From: Candidatus Salinicoccus merdavium
GTDB lineage: Bacteria > Bacillota > Bacilli > Staphylococcales > Salinicoccaceae
Assembly: GCA_019113035.1 (NCBI GenBank)
Contig: DXII01000193.1
Span: 1 to 37,585, forward strand
Length of the DNA stretch: 37,585 nucleotides
Direction: 5' to 3'
Both the position numbers and the translations under genes were made by a program. The notes under the pieces were generated by a model. The model made no database searches and was not told where the DNA came from. It saw only the letters and a list, made by a program, of their open reading frames with translations. Each line of letters opens with the position of its first letter. Position 1 is the first letter of the stretch. Below, piece by piece: positions 29,783 through 37,585 of the stretch.

Positions 29783-30679
29783 TTGTACAAAAACTTAAAA
29801 ATTGTGGCACTCATAACCACTATAGCCATGGTCTTCGTCCAGGTGGGCGGAGCGCTGGTAACCAAGACAGGTTCCGCAGATGGGTGCGGCGATTCCTGGC
29901 CGCTGTGTCACGGAAAAGTGATTCCGAGTGACTGGCCGATAGAAACGATTATCGAAATCACACATAGAGGCGTGTCCGGTATAGCAATCATACTCCTTGC
30001 CATATTATGTATCATGGCATTGAGACGAATACCCGAAAAGCGCGAAACCAAGTTCCTTGTTGCAGTATCATTTGGCTTCATCATCATCCAGTCGTTGATC
30101 GGTGCAGCAGCTGTAGTTGGAATATGGGAAGGCGATTTTGTATTGGCAGCACATTTCGGCATATCGCTTATATGCTTTGCTGCAGTATTCCTATTGACAT
30201 TACTGGTATTTGAAGTCGACTTGAAGTTTGACGCAACAAAATTGAAAGTCGGATCATTTTTAAGATACAATACGATATTTGTAACGATTTACATATATTT
30301 AGTTGTATATTCCGGAGCATTGGTCAGACATACTGACTCATCACTCGCATGTCTCAGCTGGCCCCACTGTAAACCGGGCCACATCATGCCGACAAACTTC
30401 TACGAAGCAGTCCAGATGGGCCACAGAGCACTCGCAGGACTTGCAATCATTTGGATATTTCTTATTATGATCCATGCAATCAGACATTACAGCCAGTACC
30501 GCGTAATCCATTACGGATGGATAATCGCATTCATCCTCATCATATTACAGATGATTACAGGATTGCTCAGCGTGTTCACGATGGTCAACATCTTCATCGC
30601 ACTGCTGCACGCACTCTTCATCACGTTACTGTTCGGATTGCTGTGTTACTTCATCATGTTATTGTCAAGAACAAAATGA
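29783..30679 (+). CDS. ctaA: Heme A synthase
   Basis: GALVT.TGS..GC...WPLC, IE..HR, H.G, GALVRH, HR and LH motifs; divergent from ctaB. TTG start. Confidence 0.97.
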   Translation: MYKNLKIVALITTIAMVFVQVGGALVTKTGSADGCGDSWPLCHGKVIPSDWPIETIIEITHRGVSGIAIILLAILCIMALRRIPEKRETKFLVAVSFGFIIIQSLIGAAAVVGIWEGDFVLAAHFGISLICFAAVFLLTLLVFEVDLKFDATKLKVGSFLRYNTIFVTIYIYLVVYSGALVRHTDSSLACLSWPHCKPGHIMPTNFYEAVQMGHRALAGLAIIWIFLIMIHAIRHYSQYRVIHYGWIIAFILIILQMITGLLSVFTMVNIFIALLHALFITLLFGLLCYFIMLLSRTK

Positions 30680-30699
30680 TAATGATATAGAGAATTTTG

Positions 30700-30741
30700 A
30701 ATCCAGTCAGGCGGCTGTAAGCCAGCCGGGCTGGATTTTTT
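30700..30741 (+). terminator. Intrinsic terminator of ctaA
   Basis: AATCCAGTC...GGCTGGATT stem followed by a T-run. Confidence 0.75.
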
Positions 30742-30772
30742 GATTTGGTTGGGAGTATGGCGGTGCTCTGCC

Positions 30773-30958
30773 GTTTAGATGAGGCTGAATTTCCGGCTGA
30801 AGGAACATTTTTGTCGGCAGGTGGTTAGATAGATGAGATTTGATTGCTGTCTGCACATTTCGAGGAAGTAAACATTCAGATAGAGATAATTTTCTGGCCA
30901 TCTTCACATTATGCAGTCATTTCTGTTCAGTTAAGAAACATTTGGCTGCTGTCTATAC
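30773..30958. repeat. 51-bp-period intergenic array, degenerate copy 2 of the 21452-21663 family
   Basis: GTTYAGAT-like boxes at 30773, 30823, 30874, 30925; inverse RTCTNYAC boxes at 30849, 30900, 30951 (degenerate at 30799). Period 50-51 bp. Confidence 0.8.
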
Positions 30959-31002
30959 GCAAGCACTTGGTAATACTTATAAAAATAAAGTCCCCTGCTC
31001 AC

Positions 31003-31040
31003 AAAAAAACAGCTGAGCCTCCGACAGGTTCAGCTGTTTC
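31003..31040 (-). terminator. Intrinsic terminator of the aconitase gene
   Basis: Minus strand AAACAGCTGAACCT-GTCGG-AGGCTCAGCTGTTTTTTT. Confidence 0.85.
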
Positions 31041-31060
31041 ACCATAATATCCTCTTACAC

Positions 31061-32998
31061 TCACTTCTGCTTTTCTTTAACCCAATTGATGATGCCGCCG
31101 GCGAGCAGGATTTCTTTATGGCGGCCGTTCAGATCGTGTTTGACCTCAACTGTCTGCCCTGTACCTTTTATTACCACCTGGAATGTTTCGTCACTCCGTA
31201 TATTCTCGTGTGTGTTTCTGAATTCGAGCACAGCGCCGTCCTCAATAAATTCGTATTCGTCATCATTGACGAATGTGAGCGGCAGTATGCCGAAGTTGAT
31301 CAGGTTTTGACGGTGAATACGTGCATAGTCTTTGACGAGCACGGCTCTGAGCCCTAAATATCTTGGGGCGAGTGCGGCGTGCTCCCTGCTGGACCCCTGT
31401 GCGTAGTTGTATCCGCCGACGACCATATGGCCGCCTTTTTCCTTCAGTTCTTTCGCGTCGTCGGTATATGTTTCGTCGACTCTTTCAAATGTGAATTCAC
31501 TGATTTCATGGATGTTACTGCGGAATGGCAGCACTCTCGAACCGCCGGCGAGTATTTCATCCGTTGAAAGGTTGTCTCCGACTTTCAGCAGTACCGGCAG
31601 GTCGAAACTGTCCTGAATGGCATCAAAGTCCGGTATCGCTGTAATGTTCGGACCTTTATCGAGTTCGATACCGCTGTTATCCTCAGGTGGTTCTTCCATT
31701 AAGAAATGGTCGATCTTCGGTTCCGGATCCGGAATTTCAGGGTAATCCATATCCAATGTTCTCGGATCTGTAATCTTACCGCTTAATGCCGATGCCGCTG
31801 CAGTTTCCGGACTGCATAGGAACACGGAATCTTCCACTGTCCCGGAACGTCCGGGGAAGTTTCTCGGCGTCGTCCTCAAACTGTTGTGGCCTGTGGCCGG
31901 CGCCTGGCCCATCCCGATACAGCCGTTACACCCTGCCTGGTGCAGGCGCGCGCCGGCCGACAGGAAATTGGCGATATGTCCGTTTTCCACGAGCTGCTGC
32001 AGCATCTGTCTTGAAGTCGGGTTGATATCAAATGACGTTCCCGGTGCAATGACACTGCCTTTGACGATTTCAGCCGCAATCGCAAAGTCATGGTATCCCG
32101 GGTTGGCCGATGAGCCGATGTAAGACTGGTAGATCGCCTCGCCCGCCACTTCACTTACAGGCACGACATTATCCGGGCTCGTCGGCTTGGCTATCAGCGG
32201 TTCCAGCTCTGACAGATTGATCTGTTCGTATTCGTCGTACTCTGCACCCTCATCCGCTTTCAGTTCATACCATTCATCTTTGCGGTCCTGGGATTTCAGG
32301 AACTTCTTCACCGCTTCGTCCGAAGGAAAGACCGAGGCCGTTGCACCGAGCTCTGCACCCATATTCGCGATGACGTGGCGGTCCATCGCCGACAGGTCAT
32401 CCAGTCCTTCGCCGTAATATTCAATGATTCTTCCAACCCCGCCTTTTACACTGTGGCGGCGCAGCATTTCCAAAATCACGTCTTTGGCACTGACCCACTC
32501 AGGCAGTTTGCCGGTAAGTTCAACACCCATCACTTTCGGCATGTCAATATAATACGGCTCCCCCGTCATGGCAAGCGTCACATCAATGCCGCCGGCGCCC
32601 ATCGCAAGCATGCCCATCGCGCCGTTCGCACACGTATGACTGTCCGAACCGAGCAGAGTCTTTCCGGGCTTCGCAAACTCCTGCATGTGAACCGGGTGGC
32701 TCACCCCGTTCCCCGGCTGGCTGTAATGGATGCCGAATTTATTCGAAGCACTGCGCAAAAAGTTATGGTCATCCGGATTACGGTAATCATCCTGGATTAA
32801 ATTGTGGTCCACATACTGCGCGGAAACTTCCGTACTCACCTTGTCAATCTGCATCGCTTCAAGCTCCAGCATCACCAAAGTCCCCGTCGCGTCCTGCGTC
32901 AATGTCTGATCGATATTCAGGCCGATCGTTTCACCGGTCTTCATTTCACCGGAAACCAGATGGTCCTGAATCAGTTTCTGAGCAACATTAAGCTGCAT
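31061..32998 (-). CDS. Aconitate hydratase, compact (~645 aa) Aquifex-type/PRK07229-like family
   Basis: DQTLTQDATGT, YVDHN, GSDSHT, NMGAELGAT, CNGCIG, RNFPGR, STDEI and QGSSREHAA motifs. ATG 32998 after GGAGG. Confidence 0.9.
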   Translation of the reverse strand: MQLNVAQKLIQDHLVSGEMKTGETIGLNIDQTLTQDATGTLVMLELEAMQIDKVSTEVSAQYVDHNLIQDDYRNPDDHNFLRSASNKFGIHYSQPGNGVSHPVHMQEFAKPGKTLLGSDSHTCANGAMGMLAMGAGGIDVTLAMTGEPYYIDMPKVMGVELTGKLPEWVSAKDVILEMLRRHSVKGGVGRIIEYYGEGLDDLSAMDRHVIANMGAELGATASVFPSDEAVKKFLKSQDRKDEWYELKADEGAEYDEYEQINLSELEPLIAKPTSPDNVVPVSEVAGEAIYQSYIGSSANPGYHDFAIAAEIVKGSVIAPGTSFDINPTSRQMLQQLVENGHIANFLSAGARLHQAGCNGCIGMGQAPATGHNSLRTTPRNFPGRSGTVEDSVFLCSPETAAASALSGKITDPRTLDMDYPEIPDPEPKIDHFLMEEPPEDNSGIELDKGPNITAIPDFDAIQDSFDLPVLLKVGDNLSTDEILAGGSRVLPFRSNIHEISEFTFERVDETYTDDAKELKEKGGHMVVGGYNYAQGSSREHAALAPRYLGLRAVLVKDYARIHRQNLINFGILPLTFVNDDEYEFIEDGAVLEFRNTHENIRSDETFQVVIKGTGQTVEVKHDLNGRHKEILLAGGIINWVKEKQK

Positions 32999-33037
32999 CT
33001 TTAACCCTCCTCTGGTTATTTCTTCCTTATTAGTAAT

Positions 33038-33062
33038 ATTCACTTAACAGAGGATGTTAAAC
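33038..33062 (-). promoter_or_regulatory. Possible sigma-B promoter of the aconitase gene
   Basis: GTTTAA-N13-GTGAAT, one mismatch to GTTTaa-N12-14-GGGWAW. Confidence 0.45.
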
Positions 33063-33092
33063 TTACAAACTGCAATCATTTCTTTATTCAAT

Positions 33093-33122
33093 AAAAAACA
33101 CCAGCCACATTTGTGACTGGTG
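33093..33122 (-). terminator. Intrinsic terminator of pyc
   Basis: Minus strand CACCAGTCACA-AA-TGTGGCTGGTG-TTTTTT. Confidence 0.85.
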
Positions 33123-33134
33123 CCTCCAATTATA

Positions 33135-36100
33135 TTAGTCCTTCTTTTCAACAAGGACCATCAGGTCATTTGATTCAACACTGTCGCCTTCTTCAACGTA
33201 TACTTCCGTAACCGTTCCGGCAAATGGGGCCTTGACGGAGTTTTCCATCTTCATCGCTTCAGTGATGATAATGATGTCTCCTTTGTCGAAGGAATCTCCC
33301 GCCTTGAATTTCATCGAGCTGACCGTACCCGGCATCTGTGCACCGATATGGCCGATCTCTTTTGGATCTGCTTTTTGAAGTCTTGCCACTTTCGATTCCA
33401 CGCTGTCATCTTTGATCTTGACTTTACGCGGGAAACCGTTCAGTTCGAAGTACATCCAACGGTAGCCGTCCTCGTGGACGTGTCCGATCGACAGCAGGTT
33501 GACGATCAGCGTCTTACCTTTATCGATGACGATTTCAAGTTCTTCATTTTTACGCATACCGAACAGGAATGTCGGTGTATCCAGTCTGTCCACGTTACCG
33601 AAGTTTTCATTCGTCGTGACAAAGTTTTTATAAACTTTCGGATACAGCGCGTAGCTCAGTATATCCTGATTCGTAACTTCAGATTCCTGGAACTCTGAGA
33701 TTTCTTCACGGAGTGCATCAAAATCGATCGGCTCCATCAGTTCACCCGCACGTTCCTGCAGCGGCTTGGTACCTTTCAGTACGATTTTCTGAAGATCTTC
33801 ATTGAAACCTGTAACAGGAATACCGATTTCACCTTTGAAGAAGCTCACGACGGAATCCGGGAAGTCCAGATGTGCGCCGCGTTTGAACAATGATTCCTCA
33901 TCCAGTTCGTTCTGTACCATGAAGAGTGCCATGTCGCCGACAACTTTCGATGACGGTGTCACCTTGACGATGTCGCCGAACAGCATGTTCACTTTCTGAT
34001 ACATCTTCTTCACTTCCCCGTATCTCTCGCCAAGACCCATTGATCTTGCCTGGGACAGAAGGTTTGAGTACTGTCCGCCCGGCATTTCGTGCTGGTAGAT
34101 TTCAGTGTGCGGGCTCTTGATGTCACTTTCGAAGTCCACATAGTATTTACGCACATCTTCCCAGTACTGGCTGAGTCTTTCCAGACCTTCAACATCCGCA
34201 CGGATATTTCTGTCTGTACCATCCAGTGCATATGACAGACTGTTCGCACTCGGCTGTGAAGTGAGCCCGCTCAGCGCACCAAGGGCAGTGTCGACAACAT
34301 CGACGCCCGCTTCAATCGCTTTTGCATAAGTGAATACGCCGTTACCGCTCGTATCATGTGTATGCAGGTGGATAGGAATGTCCACAGTCTGTTTCAATTC
34401 ACCGATCAGCTCGTACGCTGCTTTCGGCTTCAGCAGGCCGGCCATGTCTTTTATCGCCAGAATATGAACGCCCTGTGCTTCAAGTTCTTTCGCCATATTT
34501 TTATAGTAGTCCAGAGTATAGACGTTTGAACGTTCCGGATTCAGGATGTCACCTGTGTAACAGATCGCACCTTCTGCGACTTTGCCTGTTTTAAGCACCG
34601 CCTGGATCGCAGGCTTCATCGCTTCAAGCCAATTCAGCGAGTCGAAGATTCTGAAGACATCAATACCGCTTTCCGTACTCTCGGCAACAAACTTCTCGAC
34701 AAGGTTATCAGGATAATTTTTATAGCCGACAGCGTTGGATGCACGCAGGAGCATCTGGAACAGTACGTTCGGAATATCTTTTCTGAGCGTCGCCAGACGA
34801 CTCCATGGGTCTTCTTTCAGGAAGTTGTATGCCACGTCGAACGTCGCGCCGCCCCACATCTCAAGACTGAACGCATCTTTTAAATCATGTGCAGTATATG
34901 GTGCGATCTTTTTCATATCATACGTACGGATACGTGTCGTGAGTAACGACTGGTGTGCATCACGCATCGTCGTATCTGTAATCAGCGTCTCATCCTGCTC
35001 TTTCAGCCATTTGGCGAGACCTTCAGGTCCGCGCTCATCAAGGATCTGTTTCGTCCCATCAATGATTTCCGGTGTGTAATCCGGAATTCTCGGCGGATCA
35101 AAGTGGGGTTTCTCTCTCTTTTCCACACCCGGGAATCCGTTCACCGTAATTGTTGAAATGTATTCAAGCGTCTTGGTACCTCTGTCCTTCGGTTTTTCAA
35201 ATTCGAATAATGAAGGCGTCGTATCGATGAACTTCGTCGAGTAGTCCCCTTTAAGGAAGTCTTCGTTCTCGACAACATTCAGAAGGAACTGAAGGTTCGT
35301 CTTGATGCCTCGGATACGCATCTCTTTCAGACTGCGCCCCATCTTTTCATTCGCATCTTTATAAGTCAGTCCGTGTGTGGACAGTTTTACAAGCAGCGAA
35401 TCATAGTAAGGAGAAATTTCAGCACCCTGGAATCCGTCACCGGCATCCAGTCTGACACCGAAACCGCCGCTTGAACGATAAGCCATGATTTCACCCGTAT
35501 CCGGCATGAAGTCATTCAGCGGATCTTCAGTAGTGATACGGCATTGTACCGCAAAGCCCATCAGCGGAATATCTTTCTGCTGCGGCATGCCGATATCTTC
35601 ACCGAACAAGTCCTTGCCGTCTGCCACCTGTATCTGTGTCTTGACGATATCCACACCCGTCACCATTTCAGTGATCGTGTGCTCAACCTGCACACGCGGG
35701 TTGACCTCTATGAAATAAAATTCCCCGTCCGCAACAAGAAATTCAACCGTACCTGCGTTGACGTAGCCGATCTGCTCAGCCATATCTCTTGCCGCTTCAC
35801 AGATGTCTTCACGCAGTTCATCCGTCAGTCCGACAGAAGGTGCAACTTCAACAAGTTTCTGATGACGTCTCTGCACCGAACAGTCCCTTTCATATAAGTG
35901 TACGATGTTGCCGTGTGTATCACCGATGACCTGCACTTCAATGTGCTTCGCCTGATCGATGAATTTTTCAAGATATATTTCCGCGTTGCCGAATGATTTC
36001 AATGCCTCACTCTTTGCACGGTCATAGCTGTCTCTCAAGTTATCGTCTTCATTGACGACGCGCATCCCTTTGCCGCCGCCGCCTGAAATGGCCTTGATGA

Positions 36101-36575
36101 TGATCGGATAACCATGATTTTCAATGAATTCTTCAACTTCACCGAAATCTTTGACCGCATCCTTACTGCCCGGAATGATCGGCAGTCCTGTTGCGATTGC
36201 CGTTTCACGTGCACGGACCTTATCACCGAACATTTCAAGATGACGCACTTCAGGCCCGATGAAAATGATGCCCTCCTCGGCACAGCGGCTTGCGAATTCT
36301 TTATTTTCACTTAAAAAACCGTAGCCAGGATGAATTGCATCCACGCCGGCGTTCTTTGCCACTTTGATGATTGCTTCTATATTAAGATAGCTTTCAGTCG
36401 GCGATAAATCCGGATCGACCAGATATGCTTCGTCCGCCTTATAACGGTGCAGCGCACCTTTATCCTCATTACTGTAGATTGCGACAGTCGTAATATTGAG
36501 TTCTGTTGCAGCCCTGAAAATACGAGTCGCAATTTCACCCCTGTTCGCAACGAGTAATTTATGTATCTTGTTCAT
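33135..36575 (-). CDS. pyc: Pyruvate carboxylase
   Basis: Biotin carboxylase (ANRGEIA, GGGGKGMR, RDCSVQRRHQK), carboxyltransferase (RDAHQS, HLHTH) and biotin carrier EAMKM domains; 1146 aa. Confidence 0.99.
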   Translation of the reverse strand: MNKIHKLLVANRGEIATRIFRAATELNITTVAIYSNEDKGALHRYKADEAYLVDPDLSPTESYLNIEAIIKVAKNAGVDAIHPGYGFLSENKEFASRCAEEGIIFIGPEVRHLEMFGDKVRARETAIATGLPIIPGSKDAVKDFGEVEEFIENHGYPIIIKAISGGGGKGMRVVNEDDNLRDSYDRAKSEALKSFGNAEIYLEKFIDQAKHIEVQVIGDTHGNIVHLYERDCSVQRRHQKLVEVAPSVGLTDELREDICEAARDMAEQIGYVNAGTVEFLVADGEFYFIEVNPRVQVEHTITEMVTGVDIVKTQIQVADGKDLFGEDIGMPQQKDIPLMGFAVQCRITTEDPLNDFMPDTGEIMAYRSSGGFGVRLDAGDGFQGAEISPYYDSLLVKLSTHGLTYKDANEKMGRSLKEMRIRGIKTNLQFLLNVVENEDFLKGDYSTKFIDTTPSLFEFEKPKDRGTKTLEYISTITVNGFPGVEKREKPHFDPPRIPDYTPEIIDGTKQILDERGPEGLAKWLKEQDETLITDTTMRDAHQSLLTTRIRTYDMKKIAPYTAHDLKDAFSLEMWGGATFDVAYNFLKEDPWSRLATLRKDIPNVLFQMLLRASNAVGYKNYPDNLVEKFVAESTESGIDVFRIFDSLNWLEAMKPAIQAVLKTGKVAEGAICYTGDILNPERSNVYTLDYYKNMAKELEAQGVHILAIKDMAGLLKPKAAYELIGELKQTVDIPIHLHTHDTSGNGVFTYAKAIEAGVDVVDTALGALSGLTSQPSANSLSYALDGTDRNIRADVEGLERLSQYWEDVRKYYVDFESDIKSPHTEIYQHEMPGGQYSNLLSQARSMGLGERYGEVKKMYQKVNMLFGDIVKVTPSSKVVGDMALFMVQNELDEESLFKRGAHLDFPDSVVSFFKGEIGIPVTGFNEDLQKIVLKGTKPLQERAGELMEPIDFDALREEISEFQESEVTNQDILSYALYPKVYKNFVTTNENFGNVDRLDTPTFLFGMRKNEELEIVIDKGKTLIVNLLSIGHVHEDGYRWMYFELNGFPRKVKIKDDSVESKVARLQKADPKEIGHIGAQMPGTVSSMKFKAGDSFDKGDIIIITEAMKMENSVKAPFAGTVTEVYVEEGDSVESNDLMVLVEKKD

Positions 36576-36649
36576 AAGAAATTCCTCCCAAAAGCATAAT
36601 GAGCTTATTATATAATAAAAGTTATAAAATTCACACTATTAATTTAAAA

Positions 36650-36676
36650 TAAAAACCGGTAAATTTTAATTACCGG
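36650..36676 (-). terminator. Putative terminator after ftsW
   Basis: Minus strand CCGGTAA-TTAAAAT-TTACCGG-TTTTT. Confidence 0.6.
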
Positions 36677-37585
36677 CTATTGATACCCTTCTTTTTCTTT
36701 CTTTACGTGCTTTGCCGCGATTATGAGAAGTCCTACCGCGATTGAAACGGAGAGGAATGCAGACCCGCCGTAACTGAGAAGCGGGAGTGGCACGCCCGTC
36801 AGAGGAATTATTTTTGAAATGCCCCCGATATTGACGAACAGCTGAAGTGTAATATAAAGTGCCACACCTACACAGATCAGACTGTAGAACTTATCTTTCG
36901 AAACTGCAGCATATTTCAGCGCTTTGAATATTAAAATCACAAACAGTATTATGGTGAAAAATACACCGATAAGACCGAGCTCTTCCGCAAGTACCGCAAA
37001 AATGAAGTCGGTATGCGGCTCCGGCAGGTAACCGAGTTTCATCACTCCGTCCCCGAGGCCCGTACCCGTGATGCCGCCATGGGAAATGGCTATCAGGGAA
37101 TTCGTCAGCTGATAGCCCGCCCCCATCGGATCCACGAAAGGATTCATGAATGTCTCTATGCGGGCAACCTGGTAATCCGACAAAATCCGGCCCTGGAACA
37201 AGTAGGAGATAATTGTCAGCACACCGCCCGCCACAGTTATGACAAGCCCTGTTTTCAAAATGAATTTGAGCGGCACACCCGAATAGATGAATATCCCGAT
37301 GATGATGGCTGCCACGACCATCCATGTACCGAAGTCGGTGAGCAGTACAAGGCCCGAACAGGCACCGATGAATGTCAGCGGGTAAATGTAGTCCTGAATC
37401 TGCATTTTGGAAAGTGATATCTTCTTGTCATATATATACGCCATATAGATGATGACAAGCACTTTGAAAAATTCCTGCGCCTGCAGACTGAGCGGACCGA
37501 ACTGGATCCTGTTTCTCTGCCCGTTGACCACATCACCGAAAAACAAGGTGTAAAAGAGCAGCAGCATGATGATGACAATCGCCGT
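36677..37585 (-). CDS. ftsW: SEDS family peptidoglycan polymerase FtsW (5' end beyond the window)
   Basis: GYQL..SL.AI..GG..G.GLG, YLPEPHTDFIF...AEELG, PLTGVPLP..SYGGS. Frame open to the window edge; upstream of pyc as in Bacillales. Confidence 0.93.
   Translation of the reverse strand, partial: TAIVIIMLLLFYTLFFGDVVNGQRNRIQFGPLSLQAQEFFKVLVIIYMAYIYDKKISLSKMQIQDYIYPLTFIGACSGLVLLTDFGTWMVVAAIIIGIFIYSGVPLKFILKTGLVITVAGGVLTIISYLFQGRILSDYQVARIETFMNPFVDPMGAGYQLTNSLIAISHGGITGTGLGDGVMKLGYLPEPHTDFIFAVLAEELGLIGVFFTIILFVILIFKALKYAAVSKDKFYSLICVGVALYITLQLFVNIGGISKIIPLTGVPLPLLSYGGSAFLSVSIAVGLLIIAAKHVKKEKEGYQ

Noticed and set aside
30707-31047. ORFs 30707-30907 (-) and 30844-31047 (+)
   Set aside because: Short frames over the repeat array and terminator hairpins, with no convincing RBS or recognisable homology.
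30680-33134. Aconitase region as an IS element or genomic island
   Set aside because: No transposase or integrase, terminal inverted repeats or flanking direct repeats are visible.

Overview
Core chromosomal window from a low-GC Gram-positive coccus, probably Staphylococcaceae/Salinicoccus-like (inferred from gene content and very acidic proteins). Most genes are on the minus strand. Reading right to left: ftsW (partial), pyc, a compact aconitase, ctaA, ctaB-ctaCDEF-ctaG-ctaM (caa3 oxidase and assembly factors), a ylb-type block (ylbA, ylbF, GDPD, ylbG, rsmD, coaD, tmcAL, ylbN, rpmF, ylbP), bshC, the staphylococcal-type dcw cluster (mraZ, rsmH, ftsL, pbp, mraY, murD, divIB, ftsA, ftsZ), pgeF, ylmE, sepF, ylmG, ylmH, divIVA, and a T-box leader with the ileS start. 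No transposase, CRISPR/cas, rRNA or tRNA was seen. The most unusual signal is non-coding. Two intergenic gaps between convergent genes (21452-21663 and 30773-30958) carry related 51-bp-period arrays of alternately inverted 8-bp boxes with variable spacers. Each array lies between two terminators and is preceded by the same GGGAGTATGGC motif. Also notable are the aconitase with Ser at one Fe-S Cys position and an atypical T-box terminator layout.
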